DNA from: a phage
Direction: 5' to 3' (one strand)
Sequence record: PZ452579.1
DNA: 64,000 nt
Under the pieces are notes generated by a model. The model had not been told where the DNA came from. It was given only the letters and a program-made list of their open reading frames with translations, and did no database searches. How positions within the stretch are numbered: the first letter of the stretch is position 1; the number at the start of each line of letters is the position of its first letter. The position numbers were made by a program, and so were the translations under genes. Shown here piece by piece: positions 8,731 through 16,942 of the stretch.

Positions 8731-9680
8731 TATAACACCTCAATGGCATTTCGTAAACCATCCGCTTTCGCATTCAGAGCTTTTAACGATTTAGTCTGTT
8801 CTGCAATCTGGGCTTCGACTTCTTTCAGACGAGATTTGAGATATTCGCGTTCTTCTCTTAAGTTATCAACTTTTTCTACTTTAGGTTCTTTAATAGGCTT
8901 AGGCTTAAACACATTAGGGTTCTTCAGTTTAATTTGAATTCGAGAACTGAATAACATTGAACCGTTATCTTCGATTTCGTCAAACATTTCAACAACATCC
9001 ATAGTCTGTAACATCATGCGAAGTTTATAAGACAACGAACGAACGGTTTTGTTGCGCTTATTAATTTCTTCGGCTTTCATGGTACCGAGATTACGTGAGT
9101 AGTAATAAGGAACCTGGATATCAATTGATAATGATGCGTTACCATTACCGGTTGGTTTGAATACTGCAGTAACCCAATCTTTAACATGAACTTTATTTGT
9201 ACGACCATCACCGCCTGTGAATAATTTACGAGAATGTTTAAAAAGCATATTCACTTGGTTATTGAATTCACAAGCAAATTTATCAGCAAATTTAGTTTCA
9301 GGAATGGTAGAGAACCAATCAGCCAAATGAGTCTTTTTAACATCATTAACAATAGTGAATTCAACCAAATCGGTTTTAGATGTCACAGATTTAATAAAGT
9401 TCGGCTTCATAAAGTTTTTGATGTTATCACGAGCCACAGTAGAAGATAATAAACGAGAACGTTTGAACCATTGAAGCAGTGTCCCTAATGAATGAGAATA
9501 CGCATTTTGAGTATCTTTACAGATATGATTTTCTTGACCTGTGTATGTACCAAAATCACGAAGAATACCACTTACTACATCTCGGTGTTGAACATCAAAT
9601 CCTAGTGCACCAGCAGCGCGCTGAGCATGAACGTTAGCGATAAGACCGGCAAAGTATTCAATGTAATGTGAACGTGTCAT
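8730..9680 (-). CDS. paralog family A (316 aa), C-terminal coiled coil
   Basis: Shares ILR(D/N)xG...E(N)H and R-x-x-x-K-NF motifs with 10734..11729; heptad-like C-terminus. Confidence 0.65.
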   Translation of the reverse strand: MTRSHYIEYFAGLIANVHAQRAAGALGFDVQHRDVVSGILRDFGTYTGQENHICKDTQNAYSHSLGTLLQWFKRSRLLSSTVARDNIKNFMKPNFIKSVTSKTDLVEFTIVNDVKKTHLADWFSTIPETKFADKFACEFNNQVNMLFKHSRKLFTGGDGRTNKVHVKDWVTAVFKPTGNGNASLSIDIQVPYYYSRNLGTMKAEEINKRNKTVRSLSYKLRMMLQTMDVVEMFDEIEDNGSMLFSSRIQIKLKNPNVFKPKPIKEPKVEKVDNLREEREYLKSRLKEVEAQIAEQTKSLKALNAKADGLRNAIEVL

Positions 9681-9708
9681 AATATTTTCCTCTCGTTAAG
9701 ATAGAAAG

Positions 9709-9738
9709 ATTATACTCCAACCATCCTTGGTTGTAAAC
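9709..9738 (-). promoter_or_regulatory. early promoter cassette (-35 GTTTAC, 18 nt, -10 TATAAT) with CCAAGGATGG dyad
   Basis: Read on minus strand upstream of 8730..9680. Confidence 0.55.
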
Positions 9739-9742
9739 TGAT

Positions 9743-10678
9743 TTATGATTTTAATGCATTCATTGCGTTAAAAAGTTTAGAGTACTGCAACTGGAGCTTG
9801 GTAACTACTTGTTGAGCATCACGAAGCTTAGCTTGTGCTTTGTCAAGTTCAACAGACAGTTGGTCCATAGTGGCCTTGATTTGATTATAATAGTAATCTT
9901 CAGCAGGAAGAAGACCGTTAGAGATTTCCAATTTAGTCGACGGTGAAGTGTATATAGATGGAGCAGTAGAATATGCACCTAGAACTTCAGCATTGCCAAT
10001 TGGGGTTGCAGTAATTGATGCTTCGAACGTTGCATTTTCCTTTTTAAGATTTTGATAGTATTCAGAGTCTTTGTGCCACCATGGCGCAGGAACCTTTTTA
10101 CCAATAGATACACGAGCCTGGATAGCGATATGGCCCTTATTCTTGATAGGGTCGATAATATTAAGCTCACGAGAATAAATTGCTTTAATCTGGTGGATAT
10201 TATCACCTAAAACTTCCAACGCTTGGTGGAATACACGAGCAACGTTATCATTCTTAGGTTTATACGTAAGAGTGAACTCGTTCTCACTGATAACCATGAT
10301 TTCTAACTTATCGTAAGTATATTTCAAATGTTTCATGTTAATTGCTTGAGGACGAATACGAGAAGCAATGGCCATCAGATTGTTAAGGTTATTTCTGAAC
10401 TGTTTAGCAAAATATTGTCCGTAACCGCCAATACAAAAATTACGAAGTTTCTGCTTGGCTAATAAACGGCTGAACTCACCATTTTTAATGAACTCTTTAA
10501 CGGGTGTGTTAGTAACGCATTCAAATTGAGTAAACTTACGAGAAGTAATCCCATAATATGAACAGATTTCCTCAATCTCTTCAGGAGTCTTTACAGGCAT
10601 ACGGATGGGATTAGGTCCTGGGGTATATGCATTCGAGGTAAATTCTTTGATAAGTTCTCTACGTGTAATAGAAGCCAT
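9743..10678 (-). CDS. paralog family B (311 aa), C-terminal coiled coil
   Basis: CIGGYGQYF... and AIASRIRPQAINMKHLKY segments align with family C; coiled-coil tail. Confidence 0.65.
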   Translation of the reverse strand: MASITRRELIKEFTSNAYTPGPNPIRMPVKTPEEIEEICSYYGITSRKFTQFECVTNTPVKEFIKNGEFSRLLAKQKLRNFCIGGYGQYFAKQFRNNLNNLMAIASRIRPQAINMKHLKYTYDKLEIMVISENEFTLTYKPKNDNVARVFHQALEVLGDNIHQIKAIYSRELNIIDPIKNKGHIAIQARVSIGKKVPAPWWHKDSEYYQNLKKENATFEASITATPIGNAEVLGAYSTAPSIYTSPSTKLEISNGLLPAEDYYYNQIKATMDQLSVELDKAQAKLRDAQQVVTKLQLQYSKLFNAMNALKS

Positions 10679-10704
10679 TTTATATTCCTCATGTTGAAAA
10701 ATTT

Positions 10705-10733
10705 ATTATACTACAACCATCCTTGGTTGTACA
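10705..10733 (-). promoter_or_regulatory. early promoter cassette (-35 TGTACA, 17 nt, -10 TATAAT)
   Basis: Minus strand; same CCAAGGATGG dyad core as at 9709. Confidence 0.5.
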
Positions 10734-11729
10734 TCATTCCTTAAGAAGTTTTACTACTTGAATAAGATTAGCTCGTTCTGTTTTATTTTTACCGTTTAAG
10801 CCTGCTAATCGTGAGATTTCATCGTCAGTCTGTTGAATAGTTACATTAAGTTCGTTAATCAAAGCTTCAAAGTATTTGATTTGCTCAGCATGTTTTGATT
10901 CAAATTTCTGAACCGGAATAACGTCTTGGTTCAGTTCATCAATAAGGTCTTTAAGAGCATCTTCTTGGTTGATATCATATTCAACTTCTTTTATTTCTTC
11001 AGCGAGCTCGTCTTTATATCTAACATCTTTTAGTCCTGGAGCTGGACCTAAAATCTCTTCTTTAAGAGTACAAACATATCCAATACGATATCCAATGCCG
11101 TCTCGCTTGATATCAACTTCGTCGATAAATCCACAATGTTTAAGCCCGGAGCCAATTAGGTCAAAATATCCTTGACGACGTCCTTCAAACGTTACACGAA
11201 CTACTAAGACGGTTTTGCCACCGACCTTTTGAAGCTCACATTTATAAAAGTCTGTTGAACCTGAATAACGTGGATGAGTTTTAAAGTTCATCTGACGATC
11301 TAGGCCCATTTGTAAGCGTGCTGATACGGCCAGAAAACGTGTTTGGTTCTCGTTAAGATGAGCAACAATCCATTTCAAAGGCATTTTACCATGTTCACGA
11401 CCGAACAAATCAGTACGTCCTAAATTACGCAGGATATTGTTAGAGTTAATCATCGACAGAACGTTAAGTTTATTCAGCGCGCTGAAGATTCCATCGGCCA
11501 TTGATTTTCCGTAACCTTTACATGCTTTAATAAGCGCTCGCGGTAGATTAGTATAGATTTCAGACGGCATATGAAAATCAAATTTACTAACCAGTAATTG
11601 ATGAACTTGGATAGCAATTTGTTCATAATTAAGTGCTCTGCGATCATTATGGTCTTTAAACCACACTTTAATCTGTGAAGCACATAAACCGTTAATTTCA
11701 TGTTTTACCGCATCAGATGTAATGCTCAT
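10734..11729 (-). CDS. paralog family C (331 aa), C-terminal coiled coil
   Basis: CKGYGKSMADG... and NNILRNLGRTDLFGREH motifs shared with A and B. Confidence 0.65.
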   Translation of the reverse strand: MSITSDAVKHEINGLCASQIKVWFKDHNDRRALNYEQIAIQVHQLLVSKFDFHMPSEIYTNLPRALIKACKGYGKSMADGIFSALNKLNVLSMINSNNILRNLGRTDLFGREHGKMPLKWIVAHLNENQTRFLAVSARLQMGLDRQMNFKTHPRYSGSTDFYKCELQKVGGKTVLVVRVTFEGRRQGYFDLIGSGLKHCGFIDEVDIKRDGIGYRIGYVCTLKEEILGPAPGLKDVRYKDELAEEIKEVEYDINQEDALKDLIDELNQDVIPVQKFESKHAEQIKYFEALINELNVTIQQTDDEISRLAGLNGKNKTERANLIQVVKLLKE

Positions 11730-11764
11730 AACTATTTCCTCAGATTGAATTGGAACTCAAAACC

Positions 11765-11790
11765 ATTATAACCCGTCCTTGGGTAAAGCG
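11765..11790 (-). promoter_or_regulatory. middle-promoter-like element (MotA-box-like CGCTTTA 13 nt upstream of TATAAT)
   Basis: Minus strand; TATAAT at 11765..11770, box at 11784..11790. Confidence 0.4.
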
Positions 11791-11791
11791 T

Positions 11792-12319
11792 TTATGCGTG
11801 AACCGTCTTTAAACGTTCTTCAAATTTCCGAAGAGTACTAATACGTTCTGCTTTCTGTTTTGTATAGTTTGCAATACGTTCTGAAGTGAGAGCGTATCGT
11901 TCGTTTACTGTTTCTTTCATGAAGTCAGGGATTTCACGAGAAGCTTTAATTTCATCAAACTTATCGAGTACTGCCTGGTCTTCAGCGATTAAATTTTCGT
12001 ACATCTCGATATCTTTCTTAATGAAGTCGATATCTTCCTGGGTTACTTTGGATAAACGAGATGCTTTATCCTTTTTGTACTGCTCGTTAGTTTCGCGAGA
12101 CCAGAATAACGTACGTTTTTTGTTAGTGTTTTTGTAGACTTCCACAATTCCAACTGAATCGATGATAACAATCCAATTCCAGCGAGATTTGAAAATCTGA
12201 CCTCCGTCCACGGTAATCTCGTTACCATAAGCAACGTCGTTAAAGAACTTGCTTTGTGCTTCAGATTTAAATTTACCGTCGTTATAATTTACCAGGTTGA
12301 AAATATCTTTAGCGTTCAT
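11792..12319 (-). CDS. hypothetical protein (175 aa)
   Basis: ORF with SD GGAGG; promoter cassette upstream. Confidence 0.6.
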   Translation of the reverse strand: MNAKDIFNLVNYNDGKFKSEAQSKFFNDVAYGNEITVDGGQIFKSRWNWIVIIDSVGIVEVYKNTNKKRTLFWSRETNEQYKKDKASRLSKVTQEDIDFIKKDIEMYENLIAEDQAVLDKFDEIKASREIPDFMKETVNERYALTSERIANYTKQKAERISTLRKFEERLKTVHA

Positions 12320-12346
12320 GTTTTACCTCCAGTAGTTGATAGGTCT

Positions 12347-12375
12347 ATAATAACATAACCATAGACCTTGTAAAC
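12347..12375 (-). promoter_or_regulatory. early promoter cassette (PeSL-like: -35 GTTTAC, 17 nt, -10 TATTAT in inverted repeat)
   Basis: AGGTCTAT/ATAGACCT dyad around -10; minus strand. Confidence 0.55.
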
Positions 12376-12377
12376 AA

Positions 12378-12665
12378 CTAAAAGAAACTTTTTTCGGTAT
12401 TTTTTCCACTGAACCAAACCGACTTCGGTATTTTCTGTAATTTTTCAGATTTAAGTTTCTCTTCCTGTTCTTTCTTATATACACCCTTGTCGTACTGGAG
12501 CATCTCTATGGCATTCTTTTGCAAACGATCTAAGGTAATTAAGGCTTTAGTTTTTCCTTTCAAGGAAGAGTCCTGGCGAACCTCCTCGCTATATTGCATC
12601 GTAGAACTAACCATACGATGAGCATAGAGTTCGACTGCGGCTTTAATTTTTTGCATAAAATCCAT
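12378..12665 (-). CDS. hypothetical protein (95 aa)
   Basis: ORF; overlaps out-of-frame 68-aa ORF 12560..12766. Confidence 0.4.
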   Translation of the reverse strand: MDFMQKIKAAVELYAHRMVSSTMQYSEEVRQDSSLKGKTKALITLDRLQKNAIEMLQYDKGVYKKEQEEKLKSEKLQKIPKSVWFSGKNTEKSFF

Positions 12666-12803
12666 AACATATCCTCTTTGATTTGTACATCATTATTTTT
12701 AAATATTTCTATGCCCTCAGTAGGTTCCTGGTGTCCTTCTTTGAGGTAAGCCATATGATTATTCATCTTTATGGCTTTTGTTACCTCAGAACTTCCTATA
12801 AGC

Positions 12804-12926
12804 TTATTTCAGTAAAGTAACTTCCGAGATTTCTTCCCAACCATCTTTATCAGTTGAAATAAAATCTGCTACATAAAGAGCCGTACGTAATGATACATTG
12901 CGAAGACGAGATACGTTAGCCTTCAT
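12804..12926 (-). CDS. possible 40-aa ORF coupled to ATPase stop (ATGA)
   Basis: MKANVSRLRNVSLRTALYVADFISTDKDGWEEISEVTLLK; below track threshold. Confidence 0.2.
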   Translation of the reverse strand: MKANVSRLRNVSLRTALYVADFISTDKDGWEEISEVTLLK

Positions 12927-13762
12927 CCAGGACAATGCTTTATACGTTTCTGCATCATGTCAGTAGATAATATTACATCTTCAACTCGAACCATAATCTC
13001 TTCATTAGAGTGTACTCCAAGGTCCAAATACACTGAACGAGATACTAAAGCTTGAAGGTGGGGAGCAAGTTTCGAACCGCGTTCTAACTCTTTATCGATA
13101 TCAACGTTTGTAATGAAAACAATAGTACCTTCAAACTCAAATTCTTTATCAATACCCTTATCATCGAGATAAGATGACGCAGTGCTCCAACAAACTTTGC
13201 GTTTATCTCCGGTATCTAATGCTGCTTTAAGAAGGTTCAAGATGTCCATATCTGAGAATACGTCAACGTCGTCGATTAAGAGAACGCTGTCTGCATCACG
13301 GTTGAGCCAAAGTTGTTCGTAAAGGCCAATACCAGAGATTTTACCATTAATACTTTTGTATTTGATGAAACCATTATCATTAGCATTATTAAGTGCTTTA
13401 TCCAGAGAATACGTCTTACCAATACCGGCTGCACCTGAAATAATGAGTGAACGAATTTTGCCATCGATAATACCATTCGTCATCATGTTCATTACTTTAA
13501 AGCGTTTGTTGATACGAGTTTTCATATCTTCAGTGCTTTCAACAACTGCAACTGGTGATGTCTCAACTCCTTCCATTACGATGTCTGATTTGAAGACCCA
13601 TACTCCACGTTCAGAACCATCAATCATAACGAAAATTTTACCGTCACCTAAGTGGGAACATTCAGGATTAAGCTTTGCCGGGAACCATGTCTTTGTGGCA
13701 ACATAAGAACCAGAGATTTCGTTATTACGATAGATACCTTTTTTGATTTGAACGTTGAACAT
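12923..13762 (-). CDS. P-loop NTPase (Walker A GAAGIGKT, Walker B VLLIDDVD)
   Basis: Start at ATG (MFNVQIKK...) after SD GGAG; ~110-aa N-terminal extension before P-loop. Confidence 0.65.
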   Translation of the reverse strand: MFNVQIKKGIYRNNEISGSYVATKTWFPAKLNPECSHLGDGKIFVMIDGSERGVWVFKSDIVMEGVETSPVAVVESTEDMKTRINKRFKVMNMMTNGIIDGKIRSLIISGAAGIGKTYSLDKALNNANDNGFIKYKSINGKISGIGLYEQLWLNRDADSVLLIDDVDVFSDMDILNLLKAALDTGDKRKVCWSTASSYLDDKGIDKEFEFEGTIVFITNVDIDKELERGSKLAPHLQALVSRSVYLDLGVHSNEEIMVRVEDVILSTDMMQKRIKHCPG

Positions 13763-13801
13763 TTTATTCTCCAAATTTACTCATTTCGTTTCGATAGGTC
13801 T

Positions 13802-13830
13802 ATAATAACATGTTTAAAGCAAAAGTAAAC
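13802..13830 (-). promoter_or_regulatory. early promoter cassette (PeSL-like)
   Basis: -35 GTTTAC, 17 nt, -10 TATTAT on minus strand; GATAGGTCTATAATAACAT core. Confidence 0.55.
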
Positions 13831-13832
13831 AA

Positions 13833-14051
13833 TTATTTGCGACGAGATTTTTTGGTAAGAGGTTGAAAGAACACTGCTTTACCAGCAGGAGTCAAAGTGA
13901 CTCGTAATGCATTACCGATTCCCAAGGATGCTTTAACAAGACCTTTAGATTTCAGTTCACCGAATGCTTGACGTTGGTCTGCATCACGAGTGTTAACCAT
14001 AAGACCTTTATCACCAGCTTCACGAATCATTTCTAACATTTTGGTTTTCAT
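13833..14051 (-). CDS. hypothetical small basic protein (72 aa)
   Basis: ORF flanked by promoter cassettes on both sides. Confidence 0.5.
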   Translation of the reverse strand: MKTKMLEMIREAGDKGLMVNTRDADQRQAFGELKSKGLVKASLGIGNALRVTLTPAGKAVFFQPLTKKSRRK

Positions 14052-14081
14052 TTTGTTTTCTCCTCTTGTTTTGATAGGTCT

Positions 14082-14110
14082 ATAATAACATATCCTAAAA
14101 GCATGTACAC
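14082..14110 (-). promoter_or_regulatory. early promoter cassette (PeSL-like)
   Basis: -35 GTGTAC, 17 nt, -10 TATTAT on minus strand. Confidence 0.5.
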
Positions 14111-14120
14111 TACTTTTTAA

Positions 14121-14156
14121 AAATATTTTGACCCCCTAAAGGGCCCGAAGGCCCTT
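14121..14156 (-). terminator. hairpin GGGCC-UUCG-GGCCC plus U-rich tail
   Basis: Directly after stop of 14158..15156; same hairpin recurs at 55610. Confidence 0.5.
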
Positions 14157-14157
14157 A

Positions 14158-15156
14158 TCATTTATAATACGAATTGTGGTTTTCTAAGTAGACTTGCTCA
14201 AGGAAATCATCCCAGAAACTCATATCTACTTTTTGTTGCATACCGTTCTTAGCGGCTTGTTCTGATGCTTGTTCAACTTGTTCAACTTGTTCAACGATAT
14301 CTTCTAGGAATTCTTGCACAGTTTTAAACGTATGTTTACCAAGCTTAACATCGAGAATAAATGGAGCATCCTGAAGTGGGTAAACCAGGTCGCCGGTTTT
14401 GTAAATTTCCAATAGTTGAAGTCCACCACGGCATGCATGACTCAATGCTTTCCAATCAATACCTTCATTGGCTTCTGCCTTACGAGCACGTTCACCGTAG
14501 TTCTCTTCAAGTTTAACCAGGATGGCATTGAACTCTTTGTTAGTTAACGTATCTTGGAATTTACGGTCCAACAGACTATAGAATGTTTGCTTACCTGTTT
14601 TCTCGTTTTCAGTTTCAACCCATGAAGCAAATTCACCTATAGGCAGAACATTCTTCATATGTGATAAACGAATTACTGCACCGTTATCAAAGTATTGTCC
14701 CCATTCATTAGAACGTTTAAGGGCTTGACGAAGAACAGCCAGTCGAGAACCCTTGACACCGTATTTAGAAGCTTGCTTACGGACATACCCTAAATAAGAT
14801 TTCATGTTAGTGGTATAGAAACGAGACCTGTTATCTTGAATATACTTCCATACATCAGGCAAATCAGATTTAACTACTAGACTTTGTGGAGTGTGAAGCA
14901 TATCTAATGCGACGGTTTCACCATCCGCAGCTAGTTTAAAGAAATATTTGAGACTATACAACTCATGGTCTACGTCGTCTTTTGTGTTCTTAGAAGATGT
15001 GTTATTCGTGTTCTTGCTCATGTGTTCTTTAACGTTACCGGTCAAGATATCACGAGCATGAGGGACATAAATTTCTTTAAAATCGACGTCAGATTCAGGA
15101 GTAGACGTTCCATAAAGGTGGCTACCAAAGTAGCCTTTCATAATTGTTTTCATCAT
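14158..15156 (-). CDS. nucleotidyltransferase-fold protein (Pol-beta superfamily motif GS-x9-SDVDF)
   Basis: N-terminal GYFGSHLYGTSTPESDVDF; 332 aa; ATG overlaps upstream stop (ATGA). Confidence 0.65.
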   Translation of the reverse strand: MMKTIMKGYFGSHLYGTSTPESDVDFKEIYVPHARDILTGNVKEHMSKNTNNTSSKNTKDDVDHELYSLKYFFKLAADGETVALDMLHTPQSLVVKSDLPDVWKYIQDNRSRFYTTNMKSYLGYVRKQASKYGVKGSRLAVLRQALKRSNEWGQYFDNGAVIRLSHMKNVLPIGEFASWVETENEKTGKQTFYSLLDRKFQDTLTNKEFNAILVKLEENYGERARKAEANEGIDWKALSHACRGGLQLLEIYKTGDLVYPLQDAPFILDVKLGKHTFKTVQEFLEDIVEQVEQVEQASEQAAKNGMQQKVDMSFWDDFLEQVYLENHNSYYK

Positions 15157-15626
15157 TTAGCCTTATATTCAATAACAGGACACACTTTAGCTTTACGAGC
15201 TTTTAAAAATTCAACGATAATCGATTTCTTGGGTTGAATAGGCTCAAGTCCATTTTTGATTCGTTCTTCGTTTTGTACAATGATCTCAATTTCTTTATTG
15301 AGCTTTCGGTCGTTATATTTGTCTAACAACCAGGAAGGACCAATTACCGCCCCGACAGCAATAAGAACCATTACTGATAATGTTAAAATGCCTATACCAA
15401 TTGAAGCCGGAACTAATGTCCATAGACTACTAAAGACAAAGAATTTAATTAAAATTTCTTGGCCAATGATTGCGGCACCTGCTAAAGTTGCAAATCCAAC
15501 AATTGAAACAGCTAATACCGGGAGAAACGTTTTCCAAAAATAAGCACACAACGTTTTCGGACGATTCCATGTACTATTGAACGCGGCATAAATTTTAAAG
15601 TGCCAAGAGTTTTCATTGATAATCAT
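15153..15626 (-). CDS. multi-pass membrane protein (157 aa)
   Basis: Two or three long hydrophobic segments; coupled to downstream NTase-fold gene. Confidence 0.6.
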   Translation of the reverse strand: MIINENSWHFKIYAAFNSTWNRPKTLCAYFWKTFLPVLAVSIVGFATLAGAAIIGQEILIKFFVFSSLWTLVPASIGIGILTLSVMVLIAVGAVIGPSWLLDKYNDRKLNKEIEIIVQNEERIKNGLEPIQPKKSIIVEFLKARKAKVCPVIEYKAK

Positions 15627-15635
15627 AATAATTCC

Positions 15636-16166
15636 TTATTTCAAAGTTGGGATAATAGAATCAAGATAAGCTTTAAGAGCAACTGCTTCATCTTTGTCTA
15701 ATGTAATGATATGTTGACGAAGGTCATCAATTTGGCGAATAACTACGACATCACCGTCTTCATAAGAAGGATTAACTCCCAGGACTGTTGTATAGTCAGG
15801 GCGGTCCTGATTTGTAATAAAAGCATTACGGCATTTAGCCCATTGAAGTTTGGCCTTTTTGGCTGTTTCAGATTCCATGAATTCTTTCACCTTAGCGACA
15901 AATGTTTTCCAATTATTAATAGAAAAACATTCATCTTCGGTTTCGATATTAACCCCACTATAAAGTCCGTGATAAAAACGAACTTGAAGGTCTTCATCAA
16001 TGTTAATTACAGATGCATGACCGGGTGGATTGAGTTTCAAAATCTTGTCTAGTTCCATAGGAAGAATAGTAACAACATCATCTTCTTGCGTCAGAACGTA
16101 CGCATAACCACGTTTTTCGATACATAAATCACCAAACAACTCAGTCGTTTCAATTACAGTTTTCAT
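15636..16166 (-). CDS. hypothetical protein (176 aa)
   Basis: Start at ATG (MKTVIETTELF...); track M1 is TTG. Confidence 0.55.
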   Translation of the reverse strand: MKTVIETTELFGDLCIEKRGYAYVLTQEDDVVTILPMELDKILKLNPPGHASVINIDEDLQVRFYHGLYSGVNIETEDECFSINNWKTFVAKVKEFMESETAKKAKLQWAKCRNAFITNQDRPDYTTVLGVNPSYEDGDVVVIRQIDDLRQHIITLDKDEAVALKAYLDSIIPTLK

Positions 16167-16278
16167 ATTATTCACCAATTAAAGTTTCAACAAAATTCAC
16201 CAAATCATTCTGACGAGCATCAATCTGATTTCTATAAAAATTAAATAAGATCCATCAATTTATTAGCTTGTTCACAGG

Positions 16279-16389
16279 TCATTTTACCATACTCGCTTCA
16301 ATAAGATTCATTACACCATTTACCATGTTATACGTAAACATCGGATAATTGTATTGTACTACAACATAAGCAATAAGCAAAAGTTTCAT
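16279..16389 (-). CDS. possible hydrophobic micropeptide (36 aa)
   Basis: MKLLLIAYVVVQYNYPMFTYNMVNGVMNLIEASMVK with SD GGAG; sits between a promoter cassette and the next gene. Confidence 0.25.
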   Translation of the reverse strand: MKLLLIAYVVVQYNYPMFTYNMVNGVMNLIEASMVK

Positions 16390-16417
16390 TTTGTTCTCCG
16401 TTTGTTTTGGTAGGACT

Positions 16418-16447
16418 ACTATAACATAGTCCTACCAAGATGTAAAC
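16418..16447 (-). promoter_or_regulatory. early promoter cassette (PeSL-like; perfect dyad GGTAGGACTA/TAGTCCTACC)
   Basis: -35 GTTTAC, 18 nt, -10 TATAGT on minus strand. Confidence 0.55.
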
Positions 16448-16656
16448 TACCGATTGTGTTTTAAATGTTGATAAAGTTCTTCAACTTGTTTAGGGTCCAA
16501 AACAATTAAGTCATTTTCTTGGCGAAGATAAATCCATCCCTTATCCCCAGGGCCATTTTTACAAAACATCACTGCCGCCATATCATCATCTTCAGCGCTT
16601 TCAGGTAAAAGTTCAAGTACACCGTCTTCAGATTTTCCAGTATAATCGTAAAGCAT
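16447..16656 (-). CDS. hypothetical acidic protein (69 aa)
   Basis: Start at ATG (MLYDYTGK...) 5 nt after SD GAGGA. Confidence 0.5.
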   Translation of the reverse strand: MLYDYTGKSEDGVLELLPESAEDDDMAAVMFCKNGPGDKGWIYLRQENDLIVLDPKQVEELYQHLKHNR

Positions 16657-16663
16657 AATATCC

Positions 16664-16843
16664 TCACATAATCTCGTTAACATACATTTGCAATTCAGTG
16701 TGCGTATCAGCCATCTTTTTCATTGCCTTATTGATATCGATATCACCGTCTTCACACCCGTGGGCATTTTCCCAATCGGATACAGCGTTAGCGTACTCTT
16801 CAATCAAAAACATTAACTTAGAAATTTTTTCTTTACGTGACAT
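16664..16843 (-). CDS. hypothetical protein (59 aa)
   Basis: Start at ATG (MSRKEKISKL...) after SD AGGAG. Confidence 0.5.
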   Translation of the reverse strand: MSRKEKISKLMFLIEEYANAVSDWENAHGCEDGDIDINKAMKKMADTHTELQMYVNEIM

Positions 16844-16870
16844 AACGTTCTCCTCTAGTAAGTAAGGTCT

Positions 16871-16899
16871 ACTATAACACAACCTGAGGAGAAGTAAAC
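16871..16899 (-). promoter_or_regulatory. early promoter cassette (PeSL-like)
   Basis: -35 GTTTAC, 17 nt, -10 TATAGT on minus strand. Confidence 0.5.
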
Positions 16900-16910
16900 T
16901 GCTAAATGCA

Positions 16911-16937
16911 AAAAAGCCCCAACCTTTCGGAAGGGGC
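16911..16937 (-). terminator. rho-independent terminator GCCCCUUCC-GAAA-GGUUGGGGC + U5
   Basis: GNRA-loop hairpin plus T-tract after 16943..17500; identical 27-mer at 17534 and 33433. Confidence 0.6.
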
Positions 16938-16942
16938 TTTGA

